A stretch of 64,000 bases of DNA from Eledone cirrhosa (taxonomy: Eukaryota): contig OZ024743.1 in the NCBI GenBank assembly GCA_964016885.1, positions 51,708,001 to 51,772,000 on the forward strand, read 5' to 3'. The translations under genes and the position numbers were made by a program. Positions 47,032 through 59,000 of the stretch are shown here, in pieces (position 1 is the stretch's first letter; every line of letters begins with the position of its first letter). A model generated the notes under the pieces. The model saw only the letters and a list, made by a program, of their open reading frames with translations. It ran no database searches and was not told where the DNA came from.

Positions 47032-50000
47032 ACAGTGTGTTAGAGAGAGAGAGAGACTGTGTGTCAGTGTTAGAGAGAGAGAGACTGTGTGTCAGTGTTA
47101 GAGAGAGAGAGAGTCAGTGTTAGAGAGAGAGAGACTGTCAGTGTTAGAGAGAGAGACCGTGTGTTAGAGAGAGAGACTGTGTCAGTGTTAGAGAGCGAGA
47201 GACTGTGTGTCAGTGTTAGAGAGAGAGAGACTGTGTGTCAGTGTTAGAGAAAGAGTGTTAGAGAGAGTCAGTGTTAGAGAGAGAGAGAGAGACTGTGTGT
47301 CAGTGTTAGAGAGAGAGAGAGAGACTGTGTGTCAGTGTTAGAGAGAGAGACTGTGTGTCAGTGTTAGAGAGAGAGAGACTGTGTGTAAGTGTTAGAGAGA
47401 GAGAGAGACTGTGTGTCAGTGTTAGAGAGAGAGACTGTGTGTCAGTGTTAGAGAGAGAGAGACTGTGTAAGTGTTAGAGAGAGAGAGTCAGTGTTAAAGA
47501 GAGAGAGACTGTGTGTCAGTGTTAGAGAGAGAGACTGTGTGTCAGTGTTAGAGAGAGAGAGATTGCATGTCAGTGTTAGAGAGAGAGAGACCGTGTGTCA
47601 GTGTTAGAGAGAGAGAGAGACTGTGTGTCAGTGTTAGAGAGAGAGAGTCAGTGTTAGAGACAGAGAGGCTGTGTGTCAGTGTTAGAGAGAGACTGTGTGT
47701 CAGTGTTAGAGAGAGAGAGACCGTGTTAGAGAGAGAGACTGTGTGTCAGTGTTAGAGAGAGAGAGATTGTGTGTCAGTGTTAGAGAGAGAGAGAGTCAGT
47801 GTTAGAGAGAGACCGTGTGTCAGTGTTAGAGAGAGAGAGTCAGAGTTAGAGAGAGAGAGATTGTGTGTCAGTGTTAGAGAGAGAGAGTCAGTGTTAGAGA
47901 GAGACCGTGTGTCAGTGTTAGAGAGAGAGAGTCAGAGTTAGAGAGAGAGAGATTGTGTGTCAGTGTTAGAGAGAGAGAGACCGTGTGTCAGTGTTAGAGA
48001 GAGAGAGAGTCAGTGTTAGAGAGAAAGAGACTGTGTCAGTGTTAGAGAAAGAGACTGTGTGTCAGTGTTAAAGAGAGAGAGACTGTGTGTCAGTGTCAGA
48101 GAAAGAGACTGTGTGTCAGTGTTAAAGAGAGAGAGACTGTGTGTCAGAGTTAGAGAGAGAGAGACTGTGTGTCAGTGTTAGAGAGAGAGAGAGACTGTGT
48201 GTCAGTGTTAGAGAGAGAGAGAGACTGTGTCAGTGTTAGAGAGAGAGAGTCAGTGTTAGAGAGAGAGAGTCAGTGTTAGAGAGAGAGAGACTGTGTGTCA
48301 GTGTTAGAGAGAGAGACTGTGTCAGTGTTAGAGAGAGAGAGAGACTGTGTGTCAGTGTTAGAGGGAGAGAGTCAGTGTTAGAGAGAGAGACTGTGTGTCA
48401 GTGTTAGAGAGAGAGAGTCAGTGTTAGAGAGAGAGACCGTGTGTCAGTGTTAGAGAGAGAGAGTCAGTGTTAGAGAGAGGGAGAGACTGTGTGTCAGTGT
48501 TACAGAGAGAGAGTCAGTGTTAGAGAGAGAGAGTCAGAGTTAGAGAGAGAGAGACTGTGTGTCAGTGTTAGAGAGAGAGAGACTGTGTGTCAGTGTTAGA
48601 GAGAGAGAGGGACTGTGTGTCAGTGTTAGAGAGAGAGAGGCTGTGTGTCAGTGTTACAGAGAGAGAGTCAGAGTTAGAGAGAGAGAGACTGTGTGTCAGT
48701 GTTAGAGAGAGAGAATCAGTGTCAGAGAGAGAGAGAGAGACTGTCTGTCAGTGTTAGAGAGAGAGAGACTGTGTGTCAGTGTTAGAGAAAGAGTGTTAGA
48801 GAGAGTCAGTGTTAGAGAGAGAGAGAGACTGTGTCAGTGTTAGAGAGAGAGAGAGACTGTGTGTCAGTGTTAGAGGGAGAGAGTCAGTGTTAGAGAGAGA
48901 GACTGTGTGTCAGTGTTAGAGAGAGAGAGGCTGTGTGTCAGTGTTACAGAGAGAGAGTCAGAGTTAGAGAGAGAGAGACTGTGTGTTAGTGTTAGAGAGA
49001 GAGAGTCAGTGTCAGAGATAGAGAGAGAGACTGTCTGTCAGTGTTAGAGAGAGAGAGACTGTGTCAGTGTTAGAGAGAGAGAGACTGTGTGTCAGTGTTA
49101 GAGAGAGAGAGAGACTGTGTCAGTGTTAGAGAGAGAGAGAGACTGTGTGTCAGTGTTAGAGGGAGAGAGTCAGTGTTAGAGAGAGAGACTGTGTGTCAGT
49201 GTTAGAGAGAGAGAGACTGTGTGTCAGTGTTAGAGAGAGAGACTGTGTGTCAGTGTTAGAGAGAGAGAGTCAGTGTTAGAGAGAGAGACCGTGTGTCAGT
49301 GTTAGAGAGAGAGAGTCAGTGTTAGAGAGAGAGAGAGACTGTGTGTCAGTGTTAGAGAGAGAGTCAGTGTTAGAGAGAGAGAGACTGTCTGTCAGTGTTA
49401 GAGAGAGAGAGACTGTGTGTCAGTGTTAGAAAGAGAGAGTCAGTGTTAGAAAGAGAGAGTCAGTGTTAGAGAGAGGGAGAGACTGTGTGTCAGTATTAGA
49501 GAGAGAGAGACTGTGTCAGTGTTAGAGAGAGAGACTGTGTGTCAGTGTTAGAGAGAGAGATAGACTGTGTGTCAGTGTTAGAGAGAGAGAGACTGTGTGT
49601 CAGTGTTAGAGAGAGAGAGAGTCAGTGTTAGAGAAAGAGAGGCTGTGTGTCAGTGTTAGAGAGAGACTGTGTATCAGTGTTAGAGAGAGAGAGACTGTGT
49701 GTCAGTGTTAGAGAGAGAGACTGTGTGTCAGTGTTAGAGAGAGAGAGACTATGTCAGTGTTAGAGAGAGAGAGACTGTGTGTCAGTGTTAGAGAGAGAGA
49801 GACTGTGTGTCAGTGTTAGAGAGAGAGACTGTGTGTTAGAGAGAGAGTCAGTATTAGAGAGAGAGAGACTGTGGGTAAGTGTTAGAGAGAGAGAGACTGT
49901 GTGTCAGTGTTAGAGAGAGAGTCAGTGTTAGAGAGAGAGACTGTGTGTAAGTGTTAGAGAGAGAGAGTCAGTGTTAGAGAGAGAGAGAGACTGTGTCAGT

Positions 50001-53000
50001 GTTAGAGAGAGAGAGTCAGTGTTAGAGAGAGAGAGAGACTGTGTGTCAGTGTCAGAGAGAGAGAGACAACTGTGTGTCAGTGTTAGAGAGAGAGAGTCAG
50101 TGTCAGAGAGAGAGAGAGAGACTGTCTGTCAGTGTTAGAGAGAGAGAGTCAGTGTTAGAGAGAGAGAGACTGTGTGTCAGTGTTAGAGAGAGAGAGAGAG
50201 GCTGTGTGTCAGTGTTACAGAGAGAGAGTCAGAGTTAGAGAGAGAGAGACTGTGTGTCAGTGTTAGAGAGAGAGAAACTGTGTCAGTGTTAGAGAGAGAG
50301 AGACTGTGTCAGTGTTAGAGAGAGAGAGTCAGTGTTAGAGAGAGAGAGACTGTGTCAGTGTTAGAGAGAGAGAGTCAGTGTTAGAGAGAGAGACTGTGTG
50401 TCAGTGTTAGAGAGAGAGAGACTATGTCAGTGTTAGAGAGAGAGAGACTGTGTGTCAGTGTTAGAGAGAGAGAGACTGTGTGTCAGTGTTAGAGAGAGAG
50501 ACTCTGTGTCAGTGTTAGAGAGAGAGAGTCAGTGTTAGAGAGAGAGACTGTGTGTAAGTGTTAGAGAGAGAGACTCTGTGTCAGTGTTAGAGAGAGAGAG
50601 TCAGTATTAGAGAGAGAGAGACTGTGGGTAAGTGTTAGAGAGAGAGAGACTGTGTGTCAGTGTTAGAGAGAGAGAGTCAGTGTTAGAGAGAGAGAGAGAC
50701 TGTCTGTCAGTGTTAGAGAGAGAGAGTCAGTGTTAGAGAGAGAGACTATGTGTCAGTGTTAGAGAGAGAGAGTCAGCGTTAGAGAGAGAGAGGCTGTGTG
50801 TCAGTGTTAGAGAGAGAGAGTCAGCGTTAGAGAGAGAGAGGCTGTGTCAGTGTTACAGAGAGAGAGTCAGTGTTAGAGAGAGAGAGGCTGTGTGTCAGTG
50901 TTAGAGAGAGAGAGTCAGAGTTAGAGAGAGAGAGACTGTGTGTCAGTGTTAGAGAGAGAGAGAGTCAGTGTTAGAGAGAGAGAGACTGTGTCAGTGTTAG
51001 AGAGAGAGACTGTGTGTCAGTGTTAGAGAGAGAGAGACTATGTCAGTGTTAGAGAGAGAGAGACTGTGTGTCAGTGTTAGAGAGAGAGAGAGACTGTGTC
51101 AGTGTTAGAGAGAGAGAGAGACTGTGTGTCAGTGTTAGAGGGAGAGAGTCAGTGTTAGAGAGAGAGACTGTGTGTCAGTGTTAGAGAGAGAGAGACTGTG
51201 TGTCAGTGTTAGAGAGAGAGACTGTGTGTCAGTGTTAGAGAGAGAGAGTCAGTGTTAGAGAGAGAGACCGTGTGTCAGTGTTAGAGAGAGAGAGTCAGTG
51301 TTAGAGAGAGAGAGAGACTGTGTGTCAGTGTTAGAGAGAGAGTCAGTGTTAGAGAGAGAGAGACTGTCTGTCAGTGTTAGAGAGAGAGAGACTGTGTGTC
51401 AGTGTTAGAAAGAGAGAGTCAGTGTTAGAAAGAGAGAGTCAGTGTTAGAGAGAGGGAGAGACTGTGTGTCAGTATTAGAGAGAGAGAGACTGTGTCAGTG
51501 TTAGAGAGAGAGACTGTGTGTCAGTGTTAGAGAGAGAGATAGACTGTGTGTCAGTGTTAGAGAGAGAGAGACTGTGTGTCAGTGTTAGAGAGAGAGAGAG
51601 TCAGTGTTAGAGAAAGAGAGGCTGTGTGTCAGTGTTAGAGAGAGACTGTGTATCAGTGTTAGAGAGAGAGAGACTGTGTGTCAGTGTTAGAGAGAGAGAC
51701 TGTGTGTCAGTGTTAGAGAGAGAGAGACTATGTCAGTGTTAGAGAGAGAGAGACTGTGTGTCAGTGTTAGAGAGAGAGAGACTGTGTGTCAGTGTTAGAG
51801 AGAGAGACTGTGTGTTAGAGAGAGAGTCAGTATTAGAGAGAGAGAGACTGTGGGTAAGTGTTAGAGAGAGAGAGACTGTGTGTCAGTGTTAGAGAGAGAG
51901 TCAGTGTTAGAGAGAGAGACTGTGTGTAAGTGTTAGAGAGAGAGAGTCAGTGTTAGAGAGAGAGAGAGACTGTGTCAGTGTTAGAGAGAGAGAGTCAGTG
52001 TTAGAGAGAGAGAGAGACTGTGTGTCAGTGTCAGAGAGAGAGAGACAACTGTGTGTCAGTGTTAGAGAGAGAGAGTCAGTGTCAGAGAGAGAGAGAGAGA
52101 CTGTCTGTCAGTGTTAGAGAGAGAGAGTCAGTGTTAGAGAGAGAGAGACTGTGTGTCAGTGTTAGAGAGAGAGAGAGAGGCTGTGTGTCAGTGTTACAGA
52201 GAGAGAGTCAGAGTTAGAGAGAGAGAGACTGTGTGTCAGTGTTAGAGAGAGAGAAACTGTGTCAGTGTTAGAGAGAGAGAGACTGTGTCAGTGTTAGAGA
52301 GAGAGAGTCAGTGTTAGAGAGAGAGAGACTGTGTCAGTGTTAGAGAGAGAGAGTCAGTGTTAGAGAGAGAGACTGTGTGTCAGTGTTAGAGAGAGAGAGA
52401 CTATGTCAGTGTTAGAGAGAGAGAGACTGTGTGTCAGTGTTAGAGAGAGAGAGACTGTGTGTCAGTGTTAGAGAGAGAGACTCTGTGTCAGTGTTAGAGA
52501 GAGAGAGTCAGTGTTAGAGAGAGAGACTGTGTGTAAGTGTTAGAGAGAGAGACTCTGTGTCAGTGTTAGAGAGAGAGAGTCAGTATTAGAGAGAGAGAGA
52601 CTGTGGGTAAGTGTTAGAGAGAGAGAGACTGTGTGTCAGTGTTAGAGAGAGAGAGTCAGTGTTAGAGAGAGAGAGAGACTGTCTGTCAGTGTTAGAGAGA
52701 GAGAGTCAGTGTTAGAGAGAGAAACTATGTGTCAGTGTTAGAGAGAGAGAGTCAGCGTTAGAGAGAGAGAGGCTGTGTGTCAGTGTTAGAGAGAGAGAGT
52801 CAGCGTTAGAGAGAGAGAGGCTGTGTCAGTGTTACAGAGAGAGAGTCAGTGTTAGAGAGAGAGAGGCTGTGTGTCAGTGTTAGAGAGAGAGAGTCAGAGT
52901 TAGAGAGAGAGAGACTGTGTGTCAGTGTTAGAGAGAGAGAGAGTCAGTGTTAGAGAGAGAGAGACTGTGTCAGTGTTAGAGAGAGAGACTGTGTGTCAGT

Positions 53001-56000
53001 GTTAGAGAGAGAGAGACTATGTCAGTGTTAGAGAGAGAGAGACTGTGTGTCAGTGTTAGAGAGAGAGACTGTGTGTCAGTGTTAGAGAGAGAGAGACCGT
53101 GTTAGAGAGAGAGAGTCAGTGTTAGAGAGAGAGAGTCAGTGTTAGAGAGAGAGAGAGATTGTGTGTCAGTGTTAGAGAGAGAGAGACCGTGTGTCAGTGT
53201 TAGAGAAAGAGACTGTGTGTCAGTGTTAGAGAGAGAGAGACTGTGTCAGTGTTAGAGAGAGAGAGACTGTGTGTCAGTGTTAGAGAGAGAGACTGTGTCA
53301 GTGTTAGAGAGAGAGACTGTCTGTCAGTGTTAGAGAGAGAGAGTCAGTGTTAGAGAGAGAGAGACTGTGTGTCAGTGTTAGAGAGAGAGAGAGAGGCTGT
53401 GTGTCAGTGTTACAGAGAGAGAGTCAGAGTTAGAGAGAGAGAGACTGTGTGTCAGTGTTAGAGAGAGAGAAACTGTGTCAGTGTTAGAGAGAGAGAGACT
53501 GTGTCAGTGTTAGAGAGAGAGAGTCAGTGTTAGAGAGAGAGAGACTGTGTCAGTGTTAGAGAGAGAGAGTCAGTGTTAGAGAGAGAGACTGTGTGTCAGT
53601 GTTAGAGAGAGAGAGACTATGTCAGTGTTAGAGAGAGAGAGACTGTGTGTCAGTGTTAGAGAGAGAGAGACTGTGTGTCAGTGTTAGAGAGAGAGACTCT
53701 GTGTCAGTGTTAGAGAGAGAGAGTCAGTGTTAGAGAGAGAGACTGTGTGTCAGTGTTAGAGAGAGAGATAGACTGTGTGTCAGTGTTAGAGAGAGAGAGA
53801 CTGTGTGTCAGTGTTAGAGAGAGAGAGAGTCAGTGTTAGAGAAAGAGAGGCTGTGTGTCAGTGTTAGAGAGAGACTGTGTATCAGTGTTAGAGAGAGAGA
53901 GACTGTGTGTCAGTGTTAGAGAGAGAGACTGTGTGTCAGTGTTAGAGAGAGAGAGACTATGTCAGTGTTAGAGAGAGAGAGACTGTGTGTCAGTGTTAGA
54001 GAGAGAGAGACTGTGTGTCAGTGTTAGAGAGAGAGACTGTGTGTTAGAGAGAGAGTCAGTATTAGAGAGAGAGAGACTGTGGGTAAGTGTTAGAGAGAGA
54101 GAGACTGTGTGTCAGTGTTAGAGAGAGAGTCAGTGTTAGAGAGAGAGACTGTGTGTAAGTGTTAGAGAGAGAGAGTCAGTGTTAGAGAGAGAGAGAGACT
54201 GTGTCAGTGTTAGAGAGAGAGAGTCAGTGTTAGAGAGAGAGAGAGACTGTGTGTCAGTGTCAGAGAGAGAGAGACAACTGTGTGTCAGTGTTAGAGAGAG
54301 AGAGTCAGTGTCAGAGAGAGAGAGAGAGACTGTCTGTCAGTGTTAGAGAGAGAGAGTCAGTGTTAGAGAGAGAGAGACTGTGTGTCAGTGTTAGAGAGAG
54401 AGAGAGAGGCTGTGTGTCAGTGTTACAGAGAGAGAGTCAGAGTTAGAGAGAGAGAGACTGTGTGTCAGTGTTAGAGAGAGAGAAACTGTGTCAGTGTTAG
54501 AGAGAGAGAGACTGTGTCAGTGTTAGAGAGAGAGAGTCAGTGTTAGAGAGAGAGAGACTGTGTCAGTGTTAGAGAGAGAGAGTCAGTGTTAGAGAGAGAG
54601 ACTGTGTGTCAGTGTTAGAGAGAGAGAGACTATGTCAGTGTTAGAGAGAGAGAGACTGTGTGTCAGTGTTAGAGAGAGAGAGACTGTGTGTCAGTGTTAG
54701 AGAGAGAGACTCTGTGTCAGTGTTAGAGAGAGAGAGTCAGTGTTAGAGAGAGAGACTGTGTGTAAGTGTTAGAGAGAGAGACTCTGTGTCAGTGTTAGAG
54801 AGAGAGAGTCAGTATTAGAGAGAGAGAGACTGTGGGTAAGTGTTAGAGAGAGAGAGACTGTGTGTCAGTGTTAGAGAGAGAGAGTCAGTGTTAGAGAGAG
54901 AGAGAGACTGTCTGTCAGTGTTAGAGAGAGAGAGTCAGTGTTAGAGAGAGAAACTATGTGTCAGTGTTAGAGAGAGAGAGTCAGCGTTAGAGAGAGAGAG
55001 GCTGTGTGTCAGTGTTAGAGAGAGAGAGTCAGCGTTAGAGAGAGAGAGGCTGTGTCAGTGTTACAGAGAGAGAGTCAGTGTTAGAGAGAGAGAGGCTGTG
55101 TGTCAGTGTTAGAGAGAGAGAGTCAGAGTTAGAGAGAGAGAGACTGTGTGTCAGTGTTAGAGAGAGAGAGAGTCAGTGTTAGAGAGAGAGAGACTGTGTC
55201 AGTGTTAGAGAGAGAGACTGTGTGTCAGTGTTAGAGAGAGAGAGACTATGTCAGTGTTAGAGAGAGAGAGACTGTGTGTCAGTGTTAGAGAGAGAGACTG
55301 TGTGTCAGTGTTAGAGAGAGAGAGACCGTGTTAGAGAGAGAGAGTCAGTGTTAGAGAGAGAGAGTCAGTGTTAGAGAGAGAGAGAGATTGTGTGTCAGTG
55401 TTAGAGAGAGAGAGACCGTGTGTCAGTGTTAGAGAAAGAGACTGTGTGTCAGTGTTAGAGAGAGAGAGACTGTGTCAGTGTTAGAGAGAGAGAGACTGTG
55501 TGTCAGTGTTAGAGAGAGAGACTGTGTCAGTGTTAGAGAGAGAGACTGTCTGTCAGTGTTAGAGAGAGAGAGTCAGTGTTAGAGAGAGAGAGACTGTGTG
55601 TCAGTGTTAGAGAGAGAGAGAGAGGCTGTGTGTCAGTGTTACAGAGAGAGAGTCAGAGTTAGAGAGAGAGAGACTGTGTGTCAGTGTTAGAGAGAGAGAA
55701 ACTGTGTCAGTGTTAGAGAGAGAGAGACTGTGTCAGTGTTAGAGAGAGAGAGTCAGTGTTAGAGAGAGAGAGACTGTGTCAGTGTTAGAGAGAGAGAGTC
55801 AGTGTTAGAGAGAGAGACTGTGTGTCAGTGTTAGAGAGAGAGAGACTATGTCAGTGTTAGAGAGAGAGAGACTGTGTGTCAGTGTTAGAGAGAGAGAGAC
55901 TGTGTGTCAGTGTTAGAGAGAGAGACTCTGTGTCAGTGTTAGAGAGAGAGAGTCAGTGTTAGAGAGAGAGACTGTGTGTAAGTGTTAGAGAGAGAGACTC

Positions 56001-59000
56001 TGTGTCAGTGTTAGAGAGAGAGAGTCAGTATTAGAGAGAGAGAGACTGTGGGTAAGTGTTAGAGAGAGAGAGACTGTGTGTCAGTGTTAGAGAGAGAGAG
56101 TCAGTGTTAGAGAGAGAGAGAGACTGTCTGTCAGTGTTAGAGAGAGAGAGTCAGTGTTAGAGAGAGAGACTATGTGTCAGTGTTAGAGAGAGAGAGTCAG
56201 CGTTAGAGAGAGAGAGGCTGTGTGTCAGTGTTAGAGAGAGAGAGTCAGCGTTAGAGAGAGAGAGGCTGTGTCAGTGTTACAGAGAGAGAGTCAGTGTTAG
56301 AGAGAGAGAGGCTGTGTGTCAGTGTTAGAGAGAGAGAGTCAGAGTTAGAGAGAGAGAGACTGTGTGTCAGTGTTAGAGAGAGAGAGTCAGTGTTAGAGAG
56401 AGAGAGACTGTGTCAGTGTTAGAGAGAGAGACTGTGTGTCAGTGTTAGAGAGAGAGAGACTATGTCAGTGTTAGAGAGAGAGAGACTGTGTGTCAGTGTT
56501 AGAGAGAGAGACTGTGTGTCAGTGTTAGAGAGAGAGAGACCGTGTTAGAGAGAGAGAGTCAGTGTTAGAGAGAGAGAGTCAGTGTTAGAGAGAGAGAGAG
56601 ATTGTGTGTCAGTGTTAGAGAGAGAGAGACCGTGTGTCAGTGTTAGAGAAAGAGACTGTGTGTCAGTGTTAGAGAGAGAGAGACTGTGTCAGTGTTAGAG
56701 AGAGAGAGACTGTGTGTCAGTGTTAGAGAGAGAGACTGTGTCAGTGTTAGAGAGAGAGAGAGACTGTGTGTCAGTGTTAGAGGGAGAGAGTCAGTGTTAG
56801 AGAGAGAGACTGTGTGTCAGTGTTAGAGAGAGAGAGACTGTGTGTCAGTGTTAGAGAGAGAGACTGTGTGTCAGTGTTAGAGAGAGAGAGTCAGTGTTAG
56901 AGAGAGAGACCGTGTGTCAGTGTTAGAGAGAGAGAGTCAGTGTTAGAGAGAGGGAGAGACTGTGTGTCAGTGTTAGAGAGAGAGACTCTGTGTCAGTGTT
57001 AGAGAGAGAGAGACTGTGTGTAAGTGTTAGAGAGAGAGAGTCTGTGTGTCAGTGTTAGAGAGAGAGAGAGAGAGAGACTGTGTGTCAGTGTTAGAGAGAG
57101 AGAGACTGTGTGTCAGTGTTAGAGAGAGAGACTGTGTGTCAGTGTTAGAGAGAGAGAGACTGTGTGTCAGTGTTAGAGAGAGAGAGACTGTGTGTCAGTG
57201 TTAGAGAGAGAGAGACCGTGTGTCAGTATTAGAGAGAGAGACTGTGTGTCAGTGTTAGAGAGAGAGACTGTGTCAGTGTTAGAGAGAGAGAGACTGTGTG
57301 TCAGTGTTAGAGAGAGAGAGACTGTGTGTCAGTGTTAGAGAGAGAGAGAGAGTCAGTGTTAGAGAGAGAGAGAGACCATGTGTCAGTGTTAGAGAGAGAG
57401 ACTGTCAGTGTTAGAGAGGGAGAGTCAGTAATAGAGAGAGAGAGACTGTGTGTCAGTGTTAGAGAGAGAGAGACTGTGTTAGTGTTAGAGAGAGAGAGAG
57501 AGAAGTGTGTCAGTGTTAGAGAGAGGGAGTCAGTGTTAGAGAGAGAGAGAGAGACTGTGTGTCAGTGTTAGAGAGAGAGAGAGAGACTGTGTGTCAGTGT
57601 TAGAGAGAGAGAGACTGTGTGTCAGTGTTAGAGAGAGAGAGACTGTGTGTCAGTGTTAGAGAGAGAGAGAGACTGTGTGTCAGTGTTAGAGAGAGAGAGA
57701 CCGTGTGTCAGTATTAGAGAGAGAGACTGTGTGTCAGTGTTAGAGAGAGAGACTGTGTCAGTGTTAGAGAGAGAGAGTCAGTGTTAGAGAGAGAGAGACT
57801 GTGTCAGTGTTAGAGAGAGAGAGAGTCAGTGTTAGAGAGAGAGAGACCGTGTGTCAGTGTTAGAGAGAGAGAATCAGTGTTAGAGAGAGAGAGAATCAGT
57901 GTTAGAGAGAGAGAGACTGTGTGTCAGTGTTAGTGAGAGAGAGAGACTGTGTGTAAGTGTTAGAGAGAGAGACTGTGTGTCAGTGTTAGAGAGAGAGACT
58001 GTGTCAGAGTTAGAGAGAGAGACTGTGTGTCAGTGTTAGAGAGAGAGACTGTGTGTCAGTGTTAGAGAGAGAGACTGTGTGTCAGTGTTAGAGAGAGAGA
58101 GACTGTGTCAGTGTTAGAGAGAGAGACTGTGTCAGTGTTAGAGAGACTGTGTGTCAGTGTTAGAGAGAGAGACTGTGTGTCAGTGTTAGAGAGAGAGAGA
58201 CTGTGTCAGTGTTAGAGAGAGAGACTGTGTCAGTGTTAGAGAGAGAGACTGTGTGTCAGTGTTAGAGAGAGAGAGACTGTGTGTCAGTGTTAGAGAGAGA
58301 GACTGTGTGTCAGTGTTAGAGAGAGAGAGAGACTGTGTGTCAGTGTTAGAGAGAGAGAGACTGTGTGTCAGTGTTAGAGAGAGAGACTGTCAGTGTTAGA
58401 GAGAGAGACTGTGTCAGTGTTAGAGAGAGAGACTGTGTCAGTGTTAGAGAGAGAGACTGTGTCAGTATTAAATAGAGAGACTGTGTGTCAGTGTTAGAGA
58501 GAGAGAGAGACTGTGTGTCAGTGTTAGAGAGAGAGACTGTGTCAGTGTTAGAGAGAGAGACTGTGTCAGTGTTAGAGAGAGAGACTGTGTCAGTATTAGA
58601 TAGAGAGACTGTGTGTCAGTGTTAGAGAGAGAGAGTCAGTGTTAGAGAGAGAGAGACTGTGTCAGTGTTAGAGAGAGAGACTGTGTGTCAGTGTTAGAGA
58701 GAGAGAGACTATGTCAGTGTTAGAGAGAGAGAGACTGTGTGTCAGTGTTAGAGAGAGAGACTGTGTGTCAGTGTTAGAGAGAGAGAGACCGTGTTAGAGA
58801 GAGAGAGTCAGTGTTAGAGAGAGAGAGTCAGTGTTAGAGAGAGAGAGAGATTGTGTGTCAGTGTTAGAGAGAGAGAGACCGTGTGTCAGTGTTAGAGAAA
58901 GAGACTGTGTGTCAGTGTTAGAGAGAGAGAGACTGTGTCAGTGTTAGAGAGAGAGAGACTGTGTGTCAGTGTTAGAGAGAGAGACTGTGTCAGTGTTAGA

